Shown here piece after piece: positions 1-13,082 of a stretch of 64,000 bases of DNA; within the stretch, counting starts at the first letter, position 1; every line of letters starts with the position of its first letter. This stretch comes from Ophelia neglecta. Lineage: Eukaryota. The notes below the pieces were generated by a model that worked only from the letters and a program-made list of their open reading frames with translations, had not been told where the DNA came from and did no database searches. Location of the stretch: positions 17,670,001 to 17,734,000 of the forward strand of contig OZ260661.1 of NCBI GenBank assembly GCA_965285935.1, in the 5' to 3' direction. Made by a program: the position numbers and the translations under genes.

Positions 1-3000
1 TCAGTTCTATCCACCTTCCCTGGTCATGTACCAACCTCTCAATATAGAAACCATGCTTTGTGTATATAAATAAGTCACACCACTTCCTGTTGGTCACTGC
101 CATTTGAGTCACAATCTGGCTGTAATATGTGTGAGATTTATTCAAGTGTTTATCCTGTTGATTTTTTCCCTGTTTCAGGTATTCTAGTTTCGACTGATTG
201 GGATCTTCGTGAGCTATACAGAGTGGGCATTTGATTTCTAATAGTCCATCTCCACAGCAAGAACAGCTGACAAAACCATCAGGGCTGGCACCAAGGTACA
301 CTTGTTCACCTAAAATGCAAAGCCCTACTTCCTTTACACTGATGTTTTTGTGTCCTTTTCCTTTTGGTACATTAACATACGCATGTCTGGCCTCAGGCTC
401 TGTCTGACGGCCATACTTTAAACTGGCAATACTATATGAAAATTTGGAGTCAGCAGAACAAAGTCTTTTTACCAAATTAGCAGTGTCTTTGCTCCTCCCA
501 GACGAGATTGACTTCAGGGTGATGACTTTGGTCCACACACTGTGGATATTGGAAGCTGTTATCAGCCCTGCCCGGTGCTCTTTCCATACAGGATTACTGG
601 CTTGGCCTCGTGTGGCTTCTTCGAGGGCTTTTTCCTCAGCTGGACTGTAAGTTGGAAGGGTCTGCAGGAATTCCTGTGTGGTCTGGGCCTTTGTTGCCAG
701 CTGTGTGATTGGGTATGGTACTCTTGCAGAGGTGTTAACTTCTACTTCCTTGGCAACATTAATGTCAGATGACACAGAATATTGGGGAGGCTCTGGTACC
801 TGGACATACTGGAATACACAGGCATTTTTGCAGCTGCTATACATTTTACTCATGATTTCCTGAAGGGTGAGAGGAGCTGTCTGCTTCAAGCGTTCTGAGT
901 CAGTTGGTACAAAAAGTTGTCTTGCTGGGGGGTTGACCGATTGCCCTTGACCTGATTGACATTGAAGAAAATCAGTACATTGAAAATATAAAAATGTGTA
1001 AAATAGCTAGGGCCAATTGAATTGATAAATTACTATTTAGCAAAAATCCTTACACATGTATTTAAAATTCAAACTTAAATTACCAAGTTACATGTTAACC
1101 AACAAATATATGAATCAAAATTCCTGTTTTAGTAAAGTTTTAGAATTATCATCAAGTGAAGTAGACAGTTTTAAATAAGTATATTCTAGTCAAACATATT
1201 TCTAGTCATATGTATATTCTAGGGTGGCTCAAAATGAGTTTTTTTTTAAAAAGTTAAGCTCCAAACTCAAAAATTTGTTCCTTTTGATGTGAAAACCAGC
1301 CTGATTTTTTTTTGGAATTTTTGACCCAATTCTGAGGGGTGCCATTTACGATTATTTTAGCGAAAATGTCAGAAAATCCAGTTTTTGGCCTCTGAGACAC
1401 ATATAGTTACTCAAATTCATCTCATATTTGGTATGTAGATAGCTCATAGCATGAGCCATCTTCCCATATATGGTTTGTATAAGTTTAATACAGGAGTTGG
1501 CATGCTTTTGGGCCAAAAACACTATTTTTTATCCAAAAGTATCCGAAAAACAAGAGAAATCGACATAAAATCCAATATTTGTATTTTGATAAGTACTTTT
1601 ATTGATGACAAAGGGGCACTCGGGCCTATTTCTGTTTTACTGTATCGATTCTAAAGAATGTTCATTAGATCGGCCTTGCGGAGGTCGGAGATTCGACAGC
1701 GATGGTCAGTTCCGACGAGGATAACGTCGTCAATGTGTCCTGGGTCCCGTGTCATATTGCAGAATTCCTGGACGTCCTTTACAGCACGCTCTGCACAGTC
1801 ATTGACCACTTTGAGATCTCTGCAGAGCTCCTTCAGCTCCATGTAGCTGACAGACTGGTGCCAGGTTGTAGGCTCATCTATGAGCCAGGCAGTGTCCAGC
1901 CTGAAGAGCCTGAAGAGGAGCCATGACCTCTCGGTGATGAATGCAGAGAGTTGAGGACAAGTCTCAGTGAGAAGGATGTTAACCGACTCGAAGTCTGGCT
2001 TGCCTAGAGCAAAGTAGAAAGGGGCAGGCAGAGCAACAAGTGCCTCAGCAACTCGCTTCTTTTCTTCATCCTCCACTGCATCATCGAAGAGACACAGAAC
2101 AACCTGCAAAATATTTCTTTTTAGTAAATGCCTGATGGTGATTATACTAAAGTACGAAATTCTCAGTGAGTCTAGTAGTTAGGACAGAACATACCAGTGG
2201 GGGGCTGAGGTACCACAGGTGCCGCCTGCAGCTGTCAAGCCCCTTTCTCGCTGCCTGAGGCTCAATTGCCGTATATGCAATGAGAGAGTACACAAAAGCC
2301 AAGGTCGAGACGTGGAGCGGGCGTGGACAGACGGGAGCGTAGGAAGTATGGCCCGTACAGGAGGGCGATGATCTGGGTCATCTTCTTGACAATTGTCTTC
2401 TCTCGCCTTGTCATGCCCCAGATGTTGCTCAGGAGCTGCATCTTCAGGAGATAGAGGGAGCTCGCCATGAACCTAGCGCTGTGATTGGCACCAGGTCGGC
2501 GCACAATGAATCCACGAGGGACCTGCAAAGGAGTGGCAAACCAATAAAATTTTAACCAGTGGGCTTAGAGCATCAAAGTAAATTATCAATTACTAGTTAT
2601 CTAGACTTACATCTCCGCCGAGGTAGAAATAGATCATTTCGGTCAGTTCTCGGTAGTCCTCCCTCTCGAACGTGTTGGCCTCCAGCTGTGACTTGGCCCA
2701 CTCTTTACTCGCCAGGGCCAGTGTTGTCTCAAGCAGGTAGGGACCGATATGCGACGAGTCATTGAAGTCCTCTCCCCACTCCCACTGCGCCAGGTCCAGG
2801 TTGTTAGGAAACGCTTAGGGAGGAGCAGCGTCGGCAGCCTCTCGTGCACTTTTTATGTACCAGGTCTGGCATCTCTTGAACATGGGCTCTACTGGTCCTG
2901 TAAGTGAGGGATCATGTGAGATTATGAGTTGAGTCTATTTACATCTGTCTCGTGATAGGATACAATTTTCCCATCCCAGTGAACCACTGCATACTTAGGG

Positions 3001-6000
3001 CGGGTCTTCCTAGCACGGATTTCGGATGCCTTCTCCTTTTGAGCCTGCTTGCGGTGTCGCTTGATGGTTGCTCGGCTTGCAACGACCTCGTTCATGTCGC
3101 CGCCCGCAGCTGCCACAGTGGCAGAGACCATAGCCAGTTGTTGCGTAGCTGACATTTGATAGCGTGTAGCGACTTGTGTTGTGTCCTTCAGCAGCTTCTT
3201 CCTATCCACGCCAATGCAGGGCACCATTGCTGGTTTACTCCTCAGGTTCCTTTTGGTCCATTCAGTAAAGCAGGACGCACCTTCCTCGTCACTTACATCA
3301 GTATAATCCTGGTCTTCATCACTGTAAAGAAAAGAAGAATCAGCTCAAAGGTGATGGGGACATGACTCACTTACACTGTTTCTAGTGTTCCGGAAATGTG
3401 ACAATGACCAACTACTGATCAAACGATAAAGTCCGATATGCATTGGTTGATCTAAATGATAAATACTGGCATGTTTTACTTACCTTTCTTGTGCAATCTT
3501 TGCCCCTGCTGCTACTTTCTTGCGTTCAGCCTCATGCTGTTGTCTGTTTTTTGATTTTTCACCTCGCTGCTGTGTGCGGCGCTTTACAGCTACCATTTTA
3601 CCATCAAGACACCCCATCGACGAACTTCTGGTATTCTTGACCTGAGACTTGTAAAAGGCCAAGTCTTCTACATGGGAAGGGAGAGTCGATGCTCCAAAGA
3701 TGGTCTCAACATCAGCATGGGCAATATCAAAGAGATGATCCAGTGACTCTGAGAAAGCAATACACTTAGGATGATCTTGCCTTAGCCGACGAATCATTCC
3801 CCAGCTTGTAATGAGATTCAGCATGTGTCTTTTGACGTTGTCCACACGGATAGTGGGGATGGCCGATCGCCCCCAGATTGCCAGAACCTCTTCTGTTATA
3901 TCTGAGCAGATGGAAGTATTACTACGTGCGACAGAGTGGTGCGGAGTGTTTTCAAGGGCAAGACCCCTCCATCTCTTCATTACGTCTCTTTTAGAGGGAA
4001 GTCTTATTGAGGACAGCGTATCTATTGGTTTTCCAATCAACTTGTCTTTGAGTGATGACTCCTGGCTTCTAGTTGCAACATGGTGTCTCCTTTCACTTTT
4101 GGATGTACTAGCTTCCGATGGACCTTCTTCATGCTGGATCCTTAGGCGTTTGCTTTGGCGTAGTATGACAGGTGATGAAGCAGGCTCTTTTTTCGGGCGG
4201 CTTACATGGCCTCCCGCTCCTACCTGCTTTTCCAACCATCTGAAAACAGCAAAGGAAAATCAATGTTATAGTTTGGAATTCTAATATGTATAGATACAGG
4301 CGGTCAGTTATAAGTATATATAGGAAAACTTGATGAAAGTAGACAAAGTCACTGACTCTCTCCAATCTTTCGGGTGATATGTTAAATATTACCCTCAATT
4401 ACCCACAGAAAGGTATCGCCACTAAACATTCCAAGTATAAGTAATTTCAGAGGTGAATGGCTGAATGCCTATAATACCAAGAGAGTTACCTTTCGTATCC
4501 TGACCAGTCCGTAGTCTTGGCGCTTCCTCTTTCAAGTCTGATACTCTTGCTCAATGTGGTGTAAACACAATAAATATAATGGCAATGAAGTCAATCTGAT
4601 CTGCTGCTCGACCTTCAGCAGCAACAAATTTTCGCGCAATCACATAGTGTTCAGAAAGTGTTCGGTTGAAAATAGGGTTTTTGATCCAAAAGGATGTCAA
4701 ATCTTGAGATAAACCTATACAAACCATATATGAGAAGATCGCCCATGCTATGAACTACACCCATACCAAATTTTGGAAGAATCTGAGTAACCATATGTGC
4801 CCCAGAACCGAAAAAAATGGATTTTCTGACATTTTTGGTGAAATGAATCGTAAATGGCACCCCTAAAAATTGGTCCAAAAATTCCAAAAAAAAATCAGGC
4901 TGGTTTTTACACCAAAAGGAACAAATTTTTGAGTTTGGAGCTTAACTTTTAAAAAAAACCTCATTTTGAGCCACCCTAGTATATTCTAGTCATATATATT
5001 CTTGCCTTTCTTTTTGTAATGTGGCTTTTTAATGTCCATTTCCTTCAGCCTCTTTGGCTCGATGCTACCCTTTTCTCCAAACCTATTCCACTCACATGGC
5101 CGTGACGTACACGCTGGGTTTGTCCACCCCTTTGACCACGCATGCTCCACCTTAAACAGTACCGCTGCCACATGATTGCAAGTGGAACCAAGCCTGCAAT
5201 GACATAGTACTACCAGTAGCTGAAGAAAAGCACCAAAAATTGGTGTTATAAAATGTAAATGGTCAAATGCCAGCCAGGAGAATTATAAAGGCAAAATTAA
5301 ATTAAACCGTTCATAGACAACAGCTACTATCAACTATCAATTTTGACATTTCAGGATTTAGTCTTTGTAAATTACTAAGTTACAATTATCTTTTGAACAT
5401 ATTAATGGAGTCTAAAAATGTAACTTAGAATTTGTTAATACTAAATACTGTTTTATTTAATGTTAATACCAGATTTACCACTAATTTTTTTAGACTTATT
5501 GGTACATTTTTTAATAATTCTGGGAAAGAGTAGTTTGTATTAGTACTTACTATACTTACTATACTAAGCAAAACAATCTGAGCTGCCCCAATACTTCATC
5601 CTTTTTCCCTCACAAATGGCATCTGTTGTATGGAAATGTCAATTGCGTGGTTCAACACTTGTATGGTCATATAGGGACATGACGACCCACCCTGAGAAAC
5701 AAACTTTCAAACTCACAAAGAAACTAACAAAACAGAGTAGCCTAAAGGAACTAAAGCAGGAAAAGACTAATACCCAGCGAAGCAAGTGCAGTATGCATTC
5801 TCCACCCTGCCAGTCTTCTCGACTAGAATCCAAATTGTGTGGGCAACAGCAGTTACACTCTGGGAAGGTGTTGATTTTGACTTAAGAAAACAATATTTGC
5901 TGTTGTCTGAAATTATATGAACAAACACTTCATCAAGGAAATTGGAGGAAAAATAACTAAATGCCTTTCCTTCTTTGTAGTCCGAAAGCAGACGTTTGTT

Positions 6001-6432
6001 CAGGTCTTTGTCCCCGAAGTGTCGAAGCAGAAATTCAGCTATGTCAAACTGCATAGTTGGAGGCCACATCTTCATGCCTTGGTCTTCATTCAGCCATCCG
6101 GACTGCAACTCCGAGACAGGATCGGGCATTTGTCCATGTGGCGTCGATAGTAGAGCTCTATATTGAATGGCCCTTTCTCTCATTGACTCCTCGTAACTTA
6201 CAACCGGCGACTTTTTCAGCTGATGGGCCCCAAAAGCCAGCGAAACGAGTTCTTCTTTTTTTCTCCCGGCTACTTTTAGGCCCCTTTTTCTTAAATATTC
6301 TTTCAGTGGCCCTACTTTCCACCTCTTAAAATCATCTAAAGTCATAACCCCACTATCCTCCTGTCCTCCATCCCCACCTATCATGATACTATTGATGTTG
6401 TTAAGTTGTTTTTGTGACGTGTTAGCCGCCAT
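1..6432 (-). CDS. Spliced SAP-SWIM-YqaJ (lambda exonuclease-like) protein, the accessory ORF typical of ISL2EU/KolobokP-type DNA transposons; exons about 6432-5774, 5193-5006, 951-<1 (runs off the window)
   Basis: SAP-like KVGPLKEYLRKRGLKVAGRKKEELV. SWIM motif YCTCFAG|LGSTCNHVAAVLF rebuilt across a splice junction. Hand translation of the minus strand 951-1 gives TRGQASNPVWKEHRAGLITAS...YGRQTE...YLGASPDGFVSCSCCGDGLLEIKCP...YYSQIVTQM...WCDLFIYT, the YqaJ motifs. Confidence 0.85.
1220..4978 (-). mobile_element. hAT-superfamily (hATm-like) DNA transposon with ~300-bp TIRs and an 8-bp TSD, inserted in an intron of the YqaJ gene
   Basis: TAGGGTGGCTCAAAATGAG... at 1220 is mirrored by ...CTCATTTTGAGCCACCCTA ending 4978. 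TSD GTATATTC at 1212-1219 and 4979-4986. Confidence 0.9.
1651..4240 (-). pseudogene. hATm-type transposase, multi-exon, disrupted
   Basis: Motifs VVHWDGK (2922-3227), PGANHSARFMASSLYLLKM (2262-2528) and LKVVNDCAERAVKDVQEF (1651-2109). Premature stop or frameshift near 2262, and the central catalytic region looks shortened. Confidence 0.75.
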
Positions 6433-6669
6433 TTGCCGTCACGTGTATTTGTTTATCCCGACACCTTCCCATGAGCCACCGCGCACCCGGAAACTCCGAT
6501 CTCGCTTATAGTATATGTACATTATGTACATAGCCTTTGACTTCGAATAAGCTAAAAGGAGGAATTTTTACCTTGTATACAATTGGAGATTTACAGTTTA
6601 GTTGACAGTAATTTTAATAGTTAAATAGAAATTACAATAGAAACAATAGAAAACAATAGAAACACCTTA

Positions 6670-6856
6670 CCTCGAGAACTGCTATTGCTGCATTATTATC
6701 GTCCAGATCAAATAGAGGAGTTTGGAGGGCAGCCCTGCATGAGATCCTCCAGCAGCGCCAGAAGATTTTTTCATTCCGCTCTCGGTTTTTTTGATAACGG
6801 AACCCATCCTCAATTAATACCTTGCCGCCCCTTAAGCCGCTTTGAATGTACGCCAT
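6670..6856 (-). pseudogene. FLYWCH zinc-finger first exon, probably from a Mutator (MULE) transposase
   Basis: LRGGKVLIEDGFRYQKNRERNEKIFWRCWRISCRAALQT, followed by a GAG|GTAAGG donor. No downstream exons are visible. Confidence 0.65.
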
Positions 6857-7116
6857 TATCTACTTATCTATTTATCTATTTATTACTCACCATAGAATTC
6901 CCAAACACCCAATTTCCTATTTAGGACTTTGCCAATCGGTATCTCTTTCAGATTTTCGTGTCTCACAATTATGACGTCATATTTACACGGCATTATGGCG
7001 AGAGACACAACGTCATAGAAACAATTATGACGACGTACTTCGAACAGAACAGATGACGTCATAGTTAAAAAGTCTAAAATGGGTGAAATTTTATTTGATA
7101 CGAGCAGTGTAATGTG

Positions 7117-8800
7117 TGGCGCAGTGGCCTTGTGGCTAGGGCACCGGTCTTAGGGCTGTTCCAGAAAAATTCCGCACCCCACGGGTGGACGGCAATCGAT
7201 TTTTTTCCGGGTAGGGGGGTGGTTTGGGCACTGCACTTTTCCGGGGTGTTTGGTGGCCTAAAAGTTAAAAAAATCCGGGAGGGGTGGTATTGTTGTTTTA
7301 CTTGTTTTCCGGGGCCTGTGGGGGTTTAAGAATCCTTGAATTTTATTTTTTACTTTGCGCCAAATTTAAGTTTAATAATACTTTCCATAAACAGTCGCGT
7401 GTCTAATTATTCCGTCGAATGTCCTCGAGTTGTCCGCGAGATGTCTGGCGAACGGAGCCACCCCTGCCATCAATAGTGTCCGAAAGTCGGGAATTTACGG
7501 GAATTTACGGGAGGAGATTGGGAAAAGCCGGGACCATAGTTTTAAAAGATAGAAAGCCCAAAAAAGTAGATTTGTTGGAAATCCTCGTGAAAGCTTTAGC
7601 TCAAAAAGACATTGATCCAGAGGAAATTATTGAGCAGACTTTCCCTGCAATAACCATTGAACACGTAAAAGCCAAACATTTGAAAGTTTAAAGTGACTAT
7701 CTATAAAGCAGTTTATAAAATAAATATTCTAAATTTTTTTTTTTTTCTGTCTCAATTAGGTTACTAGAATAGTAAATTAAGCATTAAACTAGAATTCAGG
7801 TTTCCATTTTTTGAAGGCTTATACGATACACTAAGTAGGATTCTTTAGAAAATTAGATATTCACAACTGCAAATGGTAATATTTCAACCAACTAAATTTC
7901 AATAACTAGATCTAGGTCTCAATGCCAAAGTGTGGCTGAATATATGATCCGAATTTAATCTAAAATCAATGGGCTCAAATCCCACCCCAGGGAGTATAAT
8001 TCTGCACAATTTTAATTCTTTTCTGGTGCTTTTATTTGAAAAAAGTACAATTTTAGTGAGGTTTTTAATAGTCAAAATCAAAACATTTTTCATTATTATA
8101 TAGAATTTATTAATCCAAAATTCACACAATAATATGTAGATCTGCTTTTGAATCATTTTTAATCCTCTAAACTTGAGGCCAGTTTGGCAAGAGAAAGTAT
8201 GAATGTATCCAACAGAATACAAACTTTATTTGCCGAGTAGTTAAAAGTTAAATCTTCTGTCTAATTAATTTTGCCAGTATAAAGATGGCAAAATGACAAA
8301 CAGTTCATTGAAATTTAATGCCTTTTAATAGTATCTTTAATACGTAAAAGTCCAAATGCAATGAAATGCAATATTTTAAAAGTCGGCTACTGAGAGGTAT
8401 AAAAATGCTTCGAGTAAATGACTTCTTATTAGTTTAAGGACCACATTATCTGATACTAGGCCTATATAATTTTGGCCTTACCAAACAACCATCTATGGGT
8501 AGGAGCTGGCACTTGGTCTAGAATCTATATTAAGTACCGGAAAAGTTCATGAAAATCCGCGGAGGGGGGTGGTCGCCAGTTGCTAAAAATCCGGGGTCTA
8601 GGGTGGTTTGCTAGTACTGAAATTCCGGACCCTGTGGGGAGTGTCCATAAGCAGATTTCCGGGAGGGGTGGGGGTTGATTTTCAACTGCCGTCCACCCGG
8701 GGGGTGCGGAATTTTTCTGGAACAGCCCTTAGAGTCGAGGGGTCCTGTGTTCGATTCCTGCCACCGGCGCTGTGGTTCCTTGGGCGAGAGCCTTCCTTTA
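7117..8800 (+). mobile_element. tRNA-derived SINE head split by a Harbinger insertion (7117-7152 joined to 8732-8800)
   Basis: The joined sequence has an A box (TGGCCTTGTGG), a B box (GTTCGATTCC) and then CORE-like GTGGTTCCTTGGGCGAG. Confidence 0.6.
7153..8728. mobile_element. Non-autonomous PIF/Harbinger element
   Basis: TIR GGGCTGTTCCAGAAAAATTCCGCACCCC..GGGTGGACGGCA at both ends. TTA TSD at 7150-7152 and 8729-8731. Confidence 0.85.
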
Positions 8801-10118
8801 ATTCGTTCTCTATGTAGCCTAATTATTTCACGTTTTGCGTTGTAAACATTATGCGTGGAATGGAATAACTCTAGTTTAGGTTTCATTATGTCTTTGAGGA
8901 GGGACATAGGCCCTATTAATTGTGCTCCAAAATGGCGTGCGCCGTGCGCCGTTACAATCAAACGACGTCCGGCCAATAACTCGAGAAATGCTTGACATAT
9001 CATCACCAAATTTTATATACAGGTTAAGCATGACCCAAGGTAGGTTGGTATTGATTTTAATCTAAATTGGAATAACAAGATGGCTCCCTGTAGAAAATGT
9101 GATTTGGATCAATAACTCGAAAACGGTTCCAGCAATCTTCACTAAATTTTAAAGTTATGTTAAGGACATCAACAGACATGCTTGGGAGTATTTTCGCCAA
9201 GTTTACAAAAAAATGGCCGCCATCAAGTCCAGACAAATAGCGTATGATCAATAAATCCATCATTTATCTTTATATTACGCTATAACGGACCGCCATGGAA
9301 ATAAGTTTCATGAAGAGACTTTTTGGCGCTATCCAGCATTGAAACTGCTGCATACTGGTAGATATGTCATGTTTCCCATGACATATATATGATTGGTGCT
9401 TTTTGTGATATATATATATATCTGTATTTCTCTTTTTACTGTATCTTTGTATCCAACATGTTTTAATGCCAAAATCAATCAATCAATCAATCTACGCTGT
9501 TCCTGCGCAACTCCAGGGGCCATACATGAGATCGTTGGCGACCTCTCAGGTCTAGTTGGCACTGAGGCCATGTACGAAACAAGCGACATTTTCCTATTGA
9601 CTGTGAATTGGTGAGTTCAGACAGCTCTACTGCTTTAAAGGTTACAAGAGTTGAGTCCTCACCCCTATAGGTATTTACATTGTAGTCACCATGGCGGAAT
9701 TTTAATTGAGCATATATTATTAGCTATATCAACCAAATGCCATTCATGTACGCCAGCTCTCTTGTCGAGAGTTAGGAAAATTTACCAGGTTTATTTTATG
9801 GCTCAACAATCAAATATAAAAAGAAATGCCTTTTTGCTTCACTTCCCGCAGCTGGAGTATGACTTCGCTTTGCGCAGGGGGACCCTAACTTTTCGTACTA
9901 TACTATAGCAAAAATCAGAGATGTAAGGGATGTTGGTCTAGTTAGCAAGTTATAGGGCCTTATTATGAATATATTGGCAATAATATGAGAGTTGTATGAG
10001 ATTCGATGAAGAAATACGCAGGTTTCGGAGCAATGCACCTAGGAACTGACCTCATTTGCATAACTCCCATTCCAATTCGGAACTTTAAAACAAGTCCTAA
10101 ATTATTCAGTTGTAACCA

Positions 10119-10288
10119 GCTGTCGGACTAATGGGCTGTCGGAGCAATGGGCTGTCGGAGCAATGGGCTGTCGGATCAATGGGCTGTCGGACTAATGGGT
10201 TGTCGGACTAATGGGCTGTCGGACTAATGGGTTGTCGGACTAATGGGCTGTCGGAGCAATGGGCTGTCGAAATATAGGACTGTAACCC
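10119..10288. repeat. 16-bp tandem array (GCTGTCGGACTAATGG, ~9 copies) forming the subterminal end of a DNA transposon
   Basis: The array ends in ...CGAAATATAGGACTGTAACCC, the same design as the terminus at 57523-57592. Confidence 0.8.
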
Positions 10289-11691
10289 AATGAAACTGGA
10301 ATGTCCATTGTCGCTTCACTGGTCATGTCCTCAGCTCCGGGGCTGTTCTGAATCGGCAGACGCGCGAACGGCGAACGCAGACCTCCAAAAATAGTAGCAT
10401 TATGGCAAAGGCCTATGGTAACTGCTACAGCGAATTGCTCACATCCTGCATAGCTGGATTAGTCTGGAAGTTGAAATAATCACACCTTGCATTTCAACTA
10501 ATTGCAGGCCTAGAAATAATTTGTTAAAAGCTTGGCAGCATTATTTCCGTAATCGATAACCAACGGAACAACCAAAGCGGGATTACCCAAAACGGCCACG
10601 GACACAATCGGCCATGTCGACACTATATATATGTTCCTATTTGCGGCAGCTAGGCCTGAGTCGGTTGTGTTAAAAGAATTATAATTTCCATCCAAAGGCG
10701 ACCCACAAAAGTTAAATGATTAAGGGTTTTTAATAATTATGGGTGACAAATCATCGGCGGTTAGAGGGTCCATCCAATACTTGGTGGCACCACCTGTTCT
10801 GATCACAAACTAAGTTTGGAGAAAAGGAAATTGATATTTTCATGGAGATTTGGAGAAAAAGCTTTTCCATGCATTACTTTATGCAATAATAAATTTTTGC
10901 TTTGGGATAAATTTCAGGTCCTAAAATACAAAGGTTTCTCTAGCTTTTTAAGCGTATTTTGAATACAGGTTTTTGGTGGTGTACAGCAGTCATTAGACTT
11001 GGCTAAATGTTTAAAAATGTGTACCCGTCTGACAGTGTCTTTATATTTTAGCATTCAAGACAAACATTTTGAGGGTTATAAACAGAACTAAGCATTAAAA
11101 TGACAAAAGAAAAATAGTTTGGACACAGACGCCTGAACATATAATAAAAAAAAAACATGTCTTAACATTATGCATGATAAACTTTTTTTCTTCGCATGGT
11201 TCAATCAATACATGACATGAATAGATTTGGATTGGAATTAACTTTTAACATTTTATTATTAGTTTTAACCGCTTGTTTTATACATGTAAAAATGAATACT
11301 GATTTTATTAGACAATACTGTAATGATAAAAAAATTTCAAGCGGGTTTAAAGTTGTGTTCGTTTGCACAAAATGACCTTATAATTTTGTGATGTAATTTT
11401 CGATATGTAGGCCCTACATAGATATATACAAATATCGTATTCATGAGTTTTAATTTCCCGACTGGTTTTTCATATTGTCCCTCTACAGTCCCCCTGCTAT
11501 GCTTTTATTCATATACGGAGATGCGCTTGATGGGTCAGTATATGGGTTTGCAGAATATTACTGGGAGCTGTTGGAGTCTGACTAGGTATTTTTTTTAAAT
11601 TTTGTGAATTTCGACACGTGTGAACATTTTTACCATTCCAGTATGCTAGTTTTTGAACAAGTAGTCTACGGAGCAAGCCTACCCAGGCAGA

Positions 11692-12250
11692 TTAGTTATT
11701 CTCTAAGGTATTAGGATGAGGTAAAACATACCCATAATTGTTCCTGGCCAATTTTACATACATGCATACATCACATATAGTGTCTATTGGTATCGCAACA
11801 TATTTCATGTCATTTACTTTATGAACTTTATTGCATTTAAATCCTTGCAAAGCATATGACCAGGTGGTGGGCATACATTGAAAATTGCAAGTAAATACTG
11901 GAGTGCTTCAATCGAAATGTTAAACATCATGGTGTACATAGTTAGTAAAAGCATTACTGTACCAACCGCAATTGATGCTCCTTCATATAAGGGGCTACTG
12001 TCAACTGGTTTTCTTGTTTCATCATCACTAGCATTTGTTTGGACATCACTTTTAAAGTCACTAAACCATTCTTCAATGTAATTTATACTGAGCAATTCAC
12101 CTAGAATATCTGCATCTTCTAGCTCTATATCACATAATTCAGTGTTACTATCTTCTGCATTGTCTAATGGTGAATATGGTGAATCATGGCTTGAATATAG
12201 ATTCAAACTCTTCATATGCTTTCCATTGTTATGAGCATTAAATTTAGTGT
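11692..12250 (-). pseudogene. Internally deleted CACTA/EnSpm-like transposase remnant
   Basis: N-terminal-type PLYEGASIAVGTVMLLL...EALQYLLAIFNVCPPPGH sits directly next to C-terminal-type YVAIPIDTICDVCMYV...LPHPNTLENN*. Confidence 0.5.
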
Positions 12251-13082
12251 CAGGAAAGTGTCGGCTTTTTAACGTATTCATTCAAAAAGGTGGGTCCTCT
12301 CTTTTCAGAAGGTGAGTGTGTGTAAAATGTGAGTGGCCGATGCGCAGACGAGACATAATCAAGTCGTCCCTCCGGGAGGCAAGAGGCTGTCGAAATGATT
12401 TCGGTATGGTGGGGCAGATAGAGTGCAGTTTGTTTTCTATGGCCTGGTCCCAGGCGGTTTGCCATTGTTTCCAGCCATACGGCATACTGGAAAAGCTGAT
12501 ACGAAATACCAGATACGAGACGCAGATACGAGATGCGAGGTGTTTAAAACGTAGCCATATGGACTAGGTTAGGGTTAGGGTGAAGGGTAAAGTAAGTTAT
12601 GATTTAGTTAGGTTGCTAGCTTAACCCTACCCCTAACCCTGTCATAATCCAACTCAATCTTATTTTTTCTTATCTGTGTATCTCGTATTTCCTTCGTATT
12701 TCGTATCAGGTTTTCCAGTATGGCCAGCCATACTGGTTAATTGGGCTCTTGAAGTCAGAAGATGGGATCTTCCAGTGTCTCTTTTGCACATTTGTCGGCA
12801 GCCTCGTTGCCTTTGATGCCCACGTGGCTGGGCACCCACAGAAGTATAACAGATTTTCCTTTGTTGAGGATTTAATTTAAGGTTTCTCGCCGGGAGAGAA
12901 CCAAACGGTTAAACCAGCTAAACCCTTCTAGTGCCTGGAGGGACGACATTGAGTCTGATGCGATAACAAATTTTCTGTCTCTAGACTGGATGATATGGTC
13001 CAGAGCAAGATCTATGGCTGTTATTTCGGCAGTGAAAATGGAGCTGTGATCGGGGAGGCGCATCCTGGAGGTGAAGGCATGG
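12250..13082 (-). mobile_element. I-clade (Nimb/I-like) LINE fragment, RNase H region, interrupted by a MITE
   Basis: SSIFTAEITAIDLAL, SDSMSSLQAL and SRLRIGHSHFTH. Close match to 15300-15857. Confidence 0.85.
12481..12724. mobile_element. MITE family A (GGCATACTGGAAAA TIR, Mutator-like)
   Basis: 9-bp TSD CAGCCATAC at 12472-12480 and 12725-12733. Confidence 0.92.

Noticed and set aside
7117-7995. tRNA genes at 7117 and ~7925-7992
   Set aside because: Split or degenerate with no complete cloverleaf; SINE-derived at best.
10119-10270. Regular short repeats resembling a CRISPR array
   Set aside because: Head-to-tail 16-mers with no unique spacers, no cas genes, and a eukaryotic context. This is a TE subterminal array.
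12565-12640. TTAGGG-like runs as interstitial telomere or fusion sites
   Set aside because: They always occur inside TSD-bounded MITEs.
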